Positions 35,866 to 45,258 of a DNA stretch of 64,000 bases are shown one piece after another. The first letter of the stretch is position 1. Each line of letters begins with the position of its first letter. A model generated the notes under the pieces. The model was not told the DNA's origin. It worked only from the letters and a program-made list of their open reading frames with translations, and did no database searches. The translations under genes and the position numbers were made by a program. The DNA comes from an uncultured Thermoleophilia bacterium (lineage in GTDB: Bacteria; Actinomycetota; Thermoleophilia; UBA2241), in contig CAVPCT010000001.1 in NCBI GenBank assembly GCA_963702475.1, positions 128,001 through 192,000 of the forward strand, read 5' to 3'.

Positions 35866-37353
35866 TCACTTGCGCGCGTAGGCCTTGAGGCAGACGTTGA
35901 CGCCGGCGGTCTCGCCGTCGAGGGCGAGGTCCAGCCACGCGCCGCCGCCGGTGTTCCTCATGTAGCTCTGCCCGGCCTTCGCTCCGGCGTGCGACAGCCA
36001 GGCCTGCACCTCGCCGTCCCACGCCCGGCTCTCCACGGCGATGGGCTCGGTGCCGTCCGGGGTGACCATGCGGAGCGCGACGACGAACGACGCGCCCTTG
36101 CGCACAGCGAACGGCGTGGTGAACGCGACCGTCGTGAAGCCGGGCAGGGTCTGCGTCCCCTGGGCGCGCACGCTCAGCCTGGCCAGCGAGGGCCCTGCCC
36201 ACACCTCGTACCTGGCCCCTGCCGCCGGCACGTAGAACCCCGCGGCGGCGATGCGTTCGGTAGCCTTGGCGACGAACCTGTTGGCGCCCCATGCCTCGTT
36301 CGGCGCCTCTCCGTCCGCGTACCCGAGAGACTGGGTCCAGCCGAGCGTGTCGTACTGGTAGTTGCGCGCGTAGTTGCTCACGCTCTCCACGCGCGTGTAG
36401 CTGGTGAGCGGGCCGAAGGCGAAGGCGCGGTCGTGGTAGGAGACCCAGAAGTACCCGTCGTCGCCGTACGAGGCGCCGTAGCTGTTGCGGACGAGGAAGG
36501 CTCCGTCGCCCGGCGGCTGGCCGGACGCGGCGGCGAACCTGGTGCGCGGAAACGCGTCGTCCCAGCCCACCACGTTGACGCCGTGGTTCTCGGGGACCTC
36601 GTCCGCATCCTCCACGGCGTCGCCGTTGTCCAGCACCTTGCCGGAGTAGTACACCGGCCACCGGGACCCGGCGTCGTTCACCGACGTGTCGAACCGTCCC
36701 GAGTAGTACATGCCGACGCTCATGGCGCCGCTGTCGATGACGAGTTGCTTGATGAGATCGTTGTCGGCGACCCCAGTGCGGCCGGGAAGCATCACGGCCG
36801 CCTGGACGTGCTTGAGCACCTTGGCTGCCTTGGTCCTGGAGTCGCCGTACTTGTCGCTCTTCTCGTCGACTGGGCCTGCCCAGCGGGCCAGGTAGGCGAC
36901 GGCCATGAAGTCCCACCCGCCCCACTCGTAGGCGCCGCCGGGGAAGGGGCCGTAGCCGCTGCGCAGCACGACGTTGTCTTCGCTGAAGTCCCACTGCTTG
37001 CCGGGGAGGAGGCGGGACTCGATCGCGGCGAGGTTGGCGAAGGCCCAGCAGGTGCCGAGGTCTCCCTGGTCGCGGACGGCGGTGAGGCGCCCGAGAGCGC
37101 GGAGGTCGAAGGAGGCGGGGAGGACGGCGCGGCGGGCGCTCAGCCGGGCGCGCGCCGCCTCGTCGATCTGCACGACCACGGGCGCGGGGCGGCGGCCGAG
37201 CACGCCGGCCAGCGGGTCGTGGAACGACTGCACGAACGCCCGGTCGGGCGGCGCCGGCTGCGGCACGTCCTGCGCGCCGGCGAGCGCCGCCGGGGCGGCA
37301 CCGAGGAGCGTGGCGGTCGCTGCCACGAGCGCCGCCACCTGCCCGATCCTCAT
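35866..37353 (-). CDS. Secreted papain-like (C1A) cysteine peptidase with C-terminal lectin-like domain
   Basis: Signal peptide; LPASFDLR, VRDQGDLGTCWAFA (Cys), NHGVNVVGWDD (His), FLVRNSYG (Asn); NYQYDTLG..GANRF..NVCLKAY. Confidence 0.88.
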   Translation of the reverse strand: MRIGQVAALVAATATLLGAAPAALAGAQDVPQPAPPDRAFVQSFHDPLAGVLGRRPAPVVVQIDEAARARLSARRAVLPASFDLRALGRLTAVRDQGDLGTCWAFANLAAIESRLLPGKQWDFSEDNVVLRSGYGPFPGGAYEWGGWDFMAVAYLARWAGPVDEKSDKYGDSRTKAAKVLKHVQAAVMLPGRTGVADNDLIKQLVIDSGAMSVGMYYSGRFDTSVNDAGSRWPVYYSGKVLDNGDAVEDADEVPENHGVNVVGWDDAFPRTRFAAASGQPPGDGAFLVRNSYGASYGDDGYFWVSYHDRAFAFGPLTSYTRVESVSNYARNYQYDTLGWTQSLGYADGEAPNEAWGANRFVAKATERIAAAGFYVPAAGARYEVWAGPSLARLSVRAQGTQTLPGFTTVAFTTPFAVRKGASFVVALRMVTPDGTEPIAVESRAWDGEVQAWLSHAGAKAGQSYMRNTGGGAWLDLALDGETAGVNVCLKAYARK

Positions 37354-37601
37354 GCGTTGCCCTCCGATCCTCCGTGCGCCTTTGCCGTCCAGTGTAGCGC
37401 GGTGGCATGGGCTTGTCGCCTCTGGTGCGTGGGGGTGCTCTAAACCTGGCGCCCGGCAAAGCGTCTCGCCCCTGCGGGCAGCTGCCGGGGAGACGGCCCG
37501 GTCGCCAAACGGGTTCCGGACGCGCCCACGGCTTGACGACGCAGCGGGCGGGGTAGGACGCCGCACGTGAGGGGGTGCATCGCGTCTGGCAGGGAGGAAC
37601 C

Positions 37602-38039
37602 ATGGGTACGATCTCGCTCACCGCTGAAGAGCTCAACGGCCGCAGGCTTCTGGACGAGACGGGCCGGGACATCGGCCCGATCGCCGACCTGTACGTGGAC
37701 GGCGACGGCAGGCCGCATTGGCTTCTCGTCGACACGGGCTTCTTTCCGGGCTTTCGCAGCGTGATCCCGGTCACCGACGTCCTCGTGACCGACCGCGGCC
37801 TGGAGGTCCACTACGGCATGGAGAAGCTCACCGGGGCGCCCAACTGCATGAAGGACAAGGACTACGCCGCGCACCGCGAGGGGCGACTCTACGACTACTA
37901 CGGGCTCGAGGCGCCGGAGGCGGTCCGGGACGCCGCCAGGCACGGCGTCGGCGAAGACCTCCTGCTGCCGCCCAGTGCCCTGTGCCGCTACTCCACGCTC
38001 TCGTGCGAGAACAAGCCGGTGGAGTTCGAGGCCGAGTAG
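37602..38039 (+). CDS. PRC-barrel domain protein
   Basis: LNGRRLLDETGRDIGPIADLYVD..WLLVDTG..GAP..LYDYYG; GGGAGG RBS. Confidence 0.85.
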   Translation: MGTISLTAEELNGRRLLDETGRDIGPIADLYVDGDGRPHWLLVDTGFFPGFRSVIPVTDVLVTDRGLEVHYGMEKLTGAPNCMKDKDYAAHREGRLYDYYGLEAPEAVRDAARHGVGEDLLLPPSALCRYSTLSCENKPVEFEAE

Positions 38040-38080
38040 CCGCACCCTGGCCCGTCTCACCCCCAGCCTGTAGGGTTGCG

Positions 38081-38094
38081 TGAACGAACGTTCA
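38081..38094. promoter_or_regulatory. Probable TetR autoregulatory operator
   Basis: Palindrome TGAACG-AA-CGTTCA just downstream of -10-like TAGGGT (38071-38076). Confidence 0.65.
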
Positions 38095-38121
38095 GTCAGT
38101 CTTCCTGGCGGAGGGCGGCGG

Positions 38122-38745
38122 GTGATCGGGAGGCCGATGCGGCGCGAGGAGAAGGCGCGGATCAGGCGGCGAGAGATGCTGGTCGCCTACTATGAGGTCC
38201 TGCTGGAGGAGGGGCTGACCGGTGCCTCCGTGGCCAAGGTCGCCGCCTGCGCCGGCGCGCCTCCGAGCCTGCTCATCCACTACTTCGGCACCAAGGAGCA
38301 GATGACCATCGAGCTGGTGGACTACCTGCTCGAGCGGTACCACGAGGCCTGCGGCGCCGGGCTGGAGAGCATCACCGACCCGCTCGAGCGGCTGTACGCC
38401 ATCGTCGGAGAGCTCTTCAGCGTCGAGTACCACCAGCTCCTCGACGACCGGGCATTCTACGCCCTCTTCTACGTGAGCCTCACACATCCGACGGTGCGGC
38501 GCGCCTTCGCCCGCGTCTACGAAGACTCGCTCGGGCTCATCGAGCGCGCCGTCGGTGACTGCATGGCCGCCGGGCTGCTGCCGGCCGACGACCCTCACGA
38601 GCTCGCCGTCACGCTCAAGGCGCTCGAGGAGGGCTACGCCTTTCTGATCGGTGGCGGCGCCGACGAAGCGGCCAAGGCCGAGATCGGCGCCGTCCTGCGC
38701 GCACGGGCGTTGCACCTGCTGGGCCTGCCGCCGCGTCCCGTCTGA
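38122..38745 (+). CDS. TetR family regulator (BetI-like)
   Basis: EEGLTGASVAKVA..PSLLIHYFGTKE; GTG 38122 after GGAGG (alternatives 38080, 38137). Confidence 0.85.
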   Translation: MIGRPMRREEKARIRRREMLVAYYEVLLEEGLTGASVAKVAACAGAPPSLLIHYFGTKEQMTIELVDYLLERYHEACGAGLESITDPLERLYAIVGELFSVEYHQLLDDRAFYALFYVSLTHPTVRRAFARVYEDSLGLIERAVGDCMAAGLLPADDPHELAVTLKALEEGYAFLIGGGADEAAKAEIGAVLRARALHLLGLPPRPV

Positions 38746-38915
38746 ACGCCGCCGCCGGAGGTGGCCAGTCGCCTCATCCGCGGCGCCGGTCAAGCGGGCC
38801 GGCCAGAAGTGGACGCAGGGCAACGGCGGCACGGCGACGCTGAGGTTCACGGGGCCTGCCGCCGGGGACGGGGGCGCTGGTCGTCGTCGACCAGCCGCCC
38901 GCCCCGTCGCGTCGG

Positions 38916-39752
38916 TCAGTCGAGACCGAGGCGCCGCAGATCGTCCTCGTCGGCGCCGAAGTAGTGGGCCGTCTCGTGCAGGACGGTGATGCGGATCTGC
39001 TCGGCCAGGTCCTGCTCGTCCGCGGCCTCGCGCTCCAGGTTCCGCTGGAACAGCTGGATGAGCGTGAGCCCCTGCGCCCCGAGCAGCGACTGGTCGGGCA
39101 TCGCGGTGCCCTCGAAGAGGCCGACGAGGGTCCTGGGGTCCAGGCCGTCACGGACCATGTCCTCCGTGGGCCGGTCCTCCATGAGGATGGGCACGTTGGC
39201 CAGGTGGTGCCGCACCTCCGCCGGCAGCTCTTCGAACGCCGCGTCGGCGATCTCCTGGAAACGGTCGGCGCTGATGAGCGTGTCCTCGCCGTCGATCGAG
39301 GCGTCGAGGCGCAGGACCGCGAGCCACTCCGCGACCATGCGCTTGAAGTCGCCCCGCTCTTCGTACGCGACGCCCAGCAGGTGCCTGGCGTCGGCCTCCG
39401 CCTCAGGCTCCATCTCGCGCTCCTTCAGAACCCCCTCCAGGAGACGGACGGCTCTGCGCGGCTCCCCGAGATCGAGGTGCACCTCGGCGCATCCCAGCTG
39501 CGGCTCGATGTCGTCCGGCTCCACTTCGCTCCAGCGCCGGTACGCCTCGAGGGCGTCCTCCGGGCGGTCGTCGGCCAGGGCGTATTCGGCCGCCAGCTCG
39601 AGCACGTCCGGGTGGTCGGGCGCAGCGTTCCGCGCGCTTTCGAGGGCTCGCTCAGCCACCTCGAGGTCGTCCTCATCCAGGGCTTCCCATGCCCGCTGGA
39701 GGTGCCTCCGTATCGCTGCGGGGAGCGTGGTCTCGTCGTCCACGGTCGCCAC
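38916..39752 (-). CDS. TPR-repeat + minimal zincin metallopeptidase (intact HExxH)
   Basis: TPR-like helices; EELP..VPILMEDRP..GLFEG..IQLFQRNLER..RITVLHETAHYFG. Confidence 0.85.
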   Translation of the reverse strand: MATVDDETTLPAAIRRHLQRAWEALDEDDLEVAERALESARNAAPDHPDVLELAAEYALADDRPEDALEAYRRWSEVEPDDIEPQLGCAEVHLDLGEPRRAVRLLEGVLKEREMEPEAEADARHLLGVAYEERGDFKRMVAEWLAVLRLDASIDGEDTLISADRFQEIADAAFEELPAEVRHHLANVPILMEDRPTEDMVRDGLDPRTLVGLFEGTAMPDQSLLGAQGLTLIQLFQRNLEREAADEQDLAEQIRITVLHETAHYFGADEDDLRRLGLD

Positions 39753-39756
39753 CGGG

Positions 39757-40587
39757 TCAGTTGAGCCCGAACTGCAGGAGCTCGCCTTCGTCGGCGCCGA
39801 AGTAGCGTGCCGTCTCCTGCAGGACGGTGCTGCGGATCTGTTCGGCCAGGTCTTCTTCGTCTTCGGCCTCGCGCTCGAGGTTGCGCTGGAACAGGTGGAT
39901 CAATCCGGCGTCGGGCCCCCCCTCGGGGACCTGGGCCCGGCCGCCGGTGACGATGCCGTGGAACAATCCCAGAGTCCGCGGGTCGAGTCCCTCGAGTACG
40001 AGCGCCTCGGAGGGCCGGTCCTCGACGAAGATGGGCACGTTGCGCAGGCGCCTCAGCACCTGCTGCGGAAGCTCCTCGAGTGCGTCCTCGGCCACCTCCG
40101 AGAATCTGCCGGGGTCCAGCAGCCGCTCCGGCGGGTCGTTGGCGGCGTCCAGGCGGAGCACGGCGAGCCACTCGGTGATCGTGCCCTTGCGGTCGCCCTT
40201 CTCCTCGCAGGCCTCGCCCAGCAGGTGCCGGGCGTCGGCCTCGTCCAGCGGGTCGAGCTCGAAGTCGGCGAGCAGCTCGCGGAGCAGGCGCGCCGCCTCG
40301 GCCGGTTCGCCGTTGTCCAGGTACACCTCGGCGCTGCCGATCCACGGGCCGGCGTCGTCCGGGTCCGCTTCGCTCCAGCGCCTGAAGGCCTCGAGGGCGT
40401 CGTCCGGGCGCTCGTCGGCCAACGCGTACTCGGCCTCCAGCTCGAGGACGGCCGGGTCGTCGGGTGCGGCGTCCTTCGCGTACTCGAGCGCTTGCTGAGC
40501 CGCGTCGAGGTCGCCCTCGTCGAGGGCGTCCCAGGCGTCGTCCACGTGCCGTTGGGTCTCAGGGTCCAAGGGTGTCTCGTCGTCCAC
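39757..40587 (-). CDS. TPR-repeat + zincin paralog with degenerate zinc motif (QETAR)
   Basis: Colinear with 38916-39752, but RSTVLQETARYFG; leaderless TATAGT-N6-GTG. Confidence 0.85.
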   Translation of the reverse strand: MDDETPLDPETQRHVDDAWDALDEGDLDAAQQALEYAKDAAPDDPAVLELEAEYALADERPDDALEAFRRWSEADPDDAGPWIGSAEVYLDNGEPAEAARLLRELLADFELDPLDEADARHLLGEACEEKGDRKGTITEWLAVLRLDAANDPPERLLDPGRFSEVAEDALEELPQQVLRRLRNVPIFVEDRPSEALVLEGLDPRTLGLFHGIVTGGRAQVPEGGPDAGLIHLFQRNLEREAEDEEDLAEQIRSTVLQETARYFGADEGELLQFGLN

Positions 40588-40751
40588 GGCCCAACTATAC
40601 CCGCAGGCGCCGGGAAGTGGTGTCCTTCACGGGAAGGTGTCGCTGTGGGCCCGCGTCCGCCCTTCGTCATGACCGGGTCGCACGCCGCGGCATGCGCCCG
40701 GCGCACGGCCCGGAATGACGCGCCGTCCGGCCCTCTGATATAAGCAGCATC

Positions 40752-43700
40752 GTGGCAGTCCCCGCGCGCACCCCCAGGAACGAGACGAGCGACGGCGCGC
40801 CGTGCGCCGCCGGCTCGGGCGCCCTGTTCGCCGGCGTCGACATCGGCAAGGTCACGACCTGCCTTGCGCTCGTCGAGCGCACGGCTGCGGGCGGGCTCGA
40901 GGTCGTCGCCACCCACGCCGAGCGGCACCTGGGTGAGCCGCTGGCGCCCTTCGTGCGCTGGTACCGGACGCTCGATCACGGGCGGCTCGCCGGTCTCGCG
41001 GCCACCGGCGTCTACGGCGACCGGCTGGGCGGGCCTGCCCTCGGGGGCGTGCCGGAGGAGATCGCCCAGGAGACCGCCGCCGCCTGGTTCTACCCGGAGG
41101 GGCCGCTCAACGTGGTACGCGTGGGCGGCGGCGGCTACTCGGTGCTCACCCGGGACGCCCGCGGGCTCGTGGGCTACGAGGCCAACGAGCGCTGCTCCGC
41201 CGGCACGGGCGAGACTGTGGAGGGTCTCTGCACGCGGCTCGGCCGCGGTCTCGAGGAGGCCGTCGCGGCGGCCGAGGCCAGCCCCGACGGTGTCACCGTG
41301 ACCAGCCGCTGTGCCGTGTTCGCCAAGAGCGAGCTGACGCACTTCGCCAACCAGGGTGAGCCGCACGGCCGCATCTTCAAGGGCCTGTTCGCCGGCGTGG
41401 CCCGCAACGTGCACAGCCTGTACGACAAGAGCAAGGTCGACGGCCCCGTCGTCCTCGTGGGACACGGCGCCCTCATCGGTCCCGTCGCGAGCGGCATCGC
41501 CGAGCTGAGCGAGGCGCCGGTGACGGTAGCGCCGGAGGCCGGCGTGTTCGAGGCGCTGGGGGCGGCGGCGTTCGCCGCCGCGGCGGCGCCGGTCACACTT
41601 CCGGCCGACCCGGCCGCGCTCGTGCGGCCGGCGCGGTCGCGGATCGCGCGTCTCGAGCCGGCCGTCGCCGGGCCGGGCAGCGTGCACCGGCTCCACGACG
41701 CCGTCGCGGCCGGGGCCGGTGACGAGGAGGCGCTCGCACGGCCGGCCGTGCTCGGCCTGGACCTCGGTTCGACCGGGTCGAAGGCGGCCCTGCTCGACCT
41801 GGAGACCGGCGCCACCTTGGCCAGCGTCTACAGGCGCACGGAGGGCAATCCGGTGGAGGCGGCACAGGCGCTGGTCGCCGAGGTCGGCGAGCGGCACCCG
41901 GCACCGGTGGTGGGCGTCGGCGTCACCGGCTCGGGGCGCGACGCGGCGGCGGCTGTGTTCCGCGCGGCCTTCCCCGATCTCGGAGACCGTCTCACCGTGG
42001 AGAACGAGATCGTCGCGCACGCCGTCGCCGCCGCCCGGTTCGACCCGGACGGCGGTCGCAGCCTGTCCATCGTCGAGATCGGCGGCCAGGACGCCAAGTT
42101 CATCAACGTCGAGGGTGGCCGCGTGGTGGACGCCGACATGAACCGCGTGTGCAGCGCCGGCACCGGCTCGTTCCTGGAGGAGCAGGCGCAGGCCCACGGC
42201 GTGGACGACATCGTGGAGTTCGGCCGCCTCGCCGCCCTGAGTGACGGACCTCCGGACCTGGGCCAGACGTGTACCGTGTTCGTGGCCGACGTGGCCACGG
42301 AGGCGCTGAACGACGGGTACTCGCGCGAGGACATCTTCGCCGGCCTTCAGCACTCGGTGGTGCGCAACTACCGCAGCAGGGTGATGGGGCAGCGGCGCCT
42401 GCTGGACCGGGTCTTCTTCCAGGGCAAGCCGGCCACCGACCCGGCCCTGGCGCGGACGGTCGCCGCCGTCCTCGAGCGCGAGGTGTACGTGCCGGCCGAC
42501 CCGGGCGCCATGGGCGCCGTGGGTATCGCTCTGCTGGTGGCCGCCGCGCTGCAGCGGGACGTGGCTGACGGTGTCGCCGGCGAGCCACTCGCCGCCGTCG
42601 ACCTGCGGCGCCTGCTCGAGGCAACGGTCGCGGGGCGCCGTGAGTTCCAGTGCCGCGACCGCGACTGCAGCAACGCGTGCCATCTGGAAGTGGCCGAGAT
42701 CGACGTGCTCGGCGAACGGCGCAAGGTGGTGAGCGGCGGCCAGTGTCCCAAGTACGATGACGTCTCGCCGGCCGCCGAGAAGCTGCCGCGCGAGGCGCCC
42801 AACCCGTACCGCGAGCGCGAGGAGCTGCTTCGGGGTCTCCTCGATGAAGAGAAGGGGCGGGCCGTACCGGCCGGCCTCGTGCTCGGCCTTCCGTACGCGC
42901 ACTACCTCATCGACACGCTGCCGTTCTTCCACACGCTGCTGCGACGTCTGGGTCACGACGTACGGGTCCTTCGGCCGGGTCCGGGTACCCTGGCCGAGGG
43001 CGACCGGCTTTGCGCGGCGCCCGGCGCCTGCGCGCCGGTCAAGCTGCTGCACGGCTTGGCGGGGACCGGGGTGGACGTGTTCGTGACGCCGCTCTTCGTG
43101 CACCTTCCCGTGCCCAACGCCGGCGACGTGACGTACACGTGCCCGATGGCGCAGGGCGCCCCGGACATGGTGGCGCGTGCCCTCGCCGCGGAGGGCTCGC
43201 CGGTGCGTGTTCTGCGGCCGGTGCTCTTCGAGAAGGAGGGCGAGGACTTCGCGGGCGACCGTGCCCGCCGCGCACTGCGGCACGCGGTCGATGCGCTGGC
43301 GGAAGTGGCCGGGCGCGCGCCGGCACCGGCCGGTGCGTTCGCGCGGGCCTACGACGCCGCACTGCACGCGCAACGGCGCTTCGAGGCCGGGTTGCGGAGC
43401 ATCGGCTCGCGCGCTCTGGCGTGGGCGCGTGAGCACGACTACCCCGTGGTGCTTGTGGCCGGCGAGACGCACGTCATCCACGACGAGGTGCTGGACGCCG
43501 GCATCCACGAGCTCGCGGCGGCCAACGGCGCCCTGCCGCTGCCGGTGGACTGCTACCCGGTGCCGGCGGAGGTACCGGGCCTGCGTCGCGTGCACTGGGC
43601 CAGCGCCGGCCAGACGCTCCGCGCGACCGCGGCCGGCGCGCTGACCGGCGATGTGTACCCCCTGCTGCTCGGCGCCTACGGCTGCGGCCCCAACTCCATG

Positions 43701-45218
43701 ATCGAGCACCTGTTCGCCGACCTGGTCGACGACTGGCCGCACGCCGTGCTCGAGAGTGACGGGCACGGTGGCAAGGCCGGCTACGTGACGCGCGTGCAGG
43801 CGTTCCTGCACAGCGTGCGCGCCTGGCGGGCGGCGCACCCGCGCGGCAGCGGCCCGGCCGCCCTCCCGGAGGCGCGTCTGGAGCGCTTCGACCGGCCGTT
43901 GCCGCACAGTCTCGACGCCGGCTACGACCGCTTCTACTTCGGCCACGTCGGCGGCGGGCTGGGCGAGCACCTCGCCGCGGCCATGCGCGGCGCCGGGTTC
44001 GACGCCTCCTACGTCGGGGAGCCGGATGCGGCGGCGCTGCGCGCCGCCGGCGCCGCCTGTTCCGGCAAGGAGTGCCTGCCGTACCAGCTCATCTGGGGCA
44101 GCTTCGTCCGCTTCCTCGACCGCGAGGCGCAGCGGTTCGAGGGCCGGCGCGCCCTGTTCCTGAGCGCCGGCAACGGCTTCCAGGCCTGCCGCGCCAACAT
44201 CTTCCCGTACACCGTGCAGATGTCGCTGGAGCGCCTCGGCCTTGGCGACCGCGTCGAGGTCGCCGATTTCAGCCTGGTCACCGGCAACGTGCGCATGATG
44301 CCCGTCGTGTGGATCGCCCTGGTCGCGGTCGACCTGCTCAACATGCTGCGCTTCTACCACCTCGCCACGGAACGTGTGCGCGGCGACTCCGACGCGCTGT
44401 TCGAGCAGTACTCCGCGCGGCTGGTGGCGATGCTGGAGCAGCCGCGCCCCGACAAGGGGGCCGCAGGCAACGTCGCCGGGGCCTTCGCCTTCTGCGCCGA
44501 GGTCGAGGAGCTGCTGCACGAGGCCGCGCGTCGCTTCGGGGGCGAGCCCGGCGACCGGGCGCTCGCCCGCGAACTGCGCGACGTGTACCTGTGCGGTGAC
44601 CTGTACCTGCGCGTGGACGAGTGGGGCAACGACGACCTGCAGCGCAAGCTCTCGGACCAGGGCCTGCGTCCCATCTTCGAGCCCTACGGCGCCTTCTTCG
44701 AGCTGCTGCAGCTCCGCCAGATCCAGGACGGCGTGCGCCTCAGGAAGCTGCCTGAGAAGGAGCTCACGCTCCTGACCATGCGGTACGTCGTCGGGCGCCT
44801 GGTCAAGGCGGTGCGAGCGGACCATCCCTGGGTCTTCTGGAACGACGTGCGCGAAGTCGACCGCGAGAGCCGCCGCCTGGTCGCGCCCTACCCGTTCGGC
44901 GAGACGATCCCGGCGGTCGGCGGGGCGCTGCTGACCTGGCGCACGCAGCCCGTGGACGGCGTCGTCTCCGTGGCGCCACGCGGGTGCGGGCCGGCGCTGG
45001 TCGCCGAGGCCCAGCTTCGGCGCGAGGCCGGCCTGCCGGCGCTCTTCATCTACAACGACGGCGACCCCATCGACGAGGCGCGCCTCGCCGGCTTCGCCTG
45101 GCGGCTGCACTCGCGCCCGCCGCGCCGCCGCGGGAACAGCAGCGGCGGTCCGGCGTCCGGCGGCGCCGGCCCGGCGCGCCGCCTCGCCGCCCCGGCGGGC
45201 GCTGCCCGCCGCGCCTGA
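40752..45218 (+). CDS. 2-hydroxyacyl-CoA dehydratase activase-type multidomain protein (2x BadF/BcrA-D ATPase + DUF2229/dehydratase-like modules)
   Basis: GVDIG..NERCSAGTG..SRCAVFAKS; GLDLGSTGSK..EIGGQDAK..MNRVCSAGTGSFLE..CTVF; CRDRDCSNAC..GGQC; CAPVK, GCGPNS, KECLPY, PRGCGP. Confidence 0.88.
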   Translation: MAVPARTPRNETSDGAPCAAGSGALFAGVDIGKVTTCLALVERTAAGGLEVVATHAERHLGEPLAPFVRWYRTLDHGRLAGLAATGVYGDRLGGPALGGVPEEIAQETAAAWFYPEGPLNVVRVGGGGYSVLTRDARGLVGYEANERCSAGTGETVEGLCTRLGRGLEEAVAAAEASPDGVTVTSRCAVFAKSELTHFANQGEPHGRIFKGLFAGVARNVHSLYDKSKVDGPVVLVGHGALIGPVASGIAELSEAPVTVAPEAGVFEALGAAAFAAAAAPVTLPADPAALVRPARSRIARLEPAVAGPGSVHRLHDAVAAGAGDEEALARPAVLGLDLGSTGSKAALLDLETGATLASVYRRTEGNPVEAAQALVAEVGERHPAPVVGVGVTGSGRDAAAAVFRAAFPDLGDRLTVENEIVAHAVAAARFDPDGGRSLSIVEIGGQDAKFINVEGGRVVDADMNRVCSAGTGSFLEEQAQAHGVDDIVEFGRLAALSDGPPDLGQTCTVFVADVATEALNDGYSREDIFAGLQHSVVRNYRSRVMGQRRLLDRVFFQGKPATDPALARTVAAVLEREVYVPADPGAMGAVGIALLVAAALQRDVADGVAGEPLAAVDLRRLLEATVAGRREFQCRDRDCSNACHLEVAEIDVLGERRKVVSGGQCPKYDDVSPAAEKLPREAPNPYREREELLRGLLDEEKGRAVPAGLVLGLPYAHYLIDTLPFFHTLLRRLGHDVRVLRPGPGTLAEGDRLCAAPGACAPVKLLHGLAGTGVDVFVTPLFVHLPVPNAGDVTYTCPMAQGAPDMVARALAAEGSPVRVLRPVLFEKEGEDFAGDRARRALRHAVDALAEVAGRAPAPAGAFARAYDAALHAQRRFEAGLRSIGSRALAWAREHDYPVVLVAGETHVIHDEVLDAGIHELAAANGALPLPVDCYPVPAEVPGLRRVHWASAGQTLRATAAGALTGDVYPLLLGAYGCGPNSMIEHLFADLVDDWPHAVLESDGHGGKAGYVTRVQAFLHSVRAWRAAHPRGSGPAALPEARLERFDRPLPHSLDAGYDRFYFGHVGGGLGEHLAAAMRGAGFDASYVGEPDAAALRAAGAACSGKECLPYQLIWGSFVRFLDREAQRFEGRRALFLSAGNGFQACRANIFPYTVQMSLERLGLGDRVEVADFSLVTGNVRMMPVVWIALVAVDLLNMLRFYHLATERVRGDSDALFEQYSARLVAMLEQPRPDKGAAGNVAGAFAFCAEVEELLHEAARRFGGEPGDRALARELRDVYLCGDLYLRVDEWGNDDLQRKLSDQGLRPIFEPYGAFFELLQLRQIQDGVRLRKLPEKELTLLTMRYVVGRLVKAVRADHPWVFWNDVREVDRESRRLVAPYPFGETIPAVGGALLTWRTQPVDGVVSVAPRGCGPALVAEAQLRREAGLPALFIYNDGDPIDEARLAGFAWRLHSRPPRRRGNSSGGPASGGAGPARRLAAPAGAARRA

Positions 45219-45258
45219 GCCGTCCCGCCCCGAGCCCTTGACGTCCAGAGGAGGACCA

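Noticed and set aside
37441-37560. GGCAAA plus hairpin suggestive of a c-di-GMP-I riboswitch
   Set aside because: Lacks the GAAA tetraloop and the second-stem consensus; only a generic GC hairpin.
40053-45110. 1685-aa minus-strand ORF
   Set aside because: Antisense shadow of the activase gene, which carries all the recognisable motifs on the plus strand.
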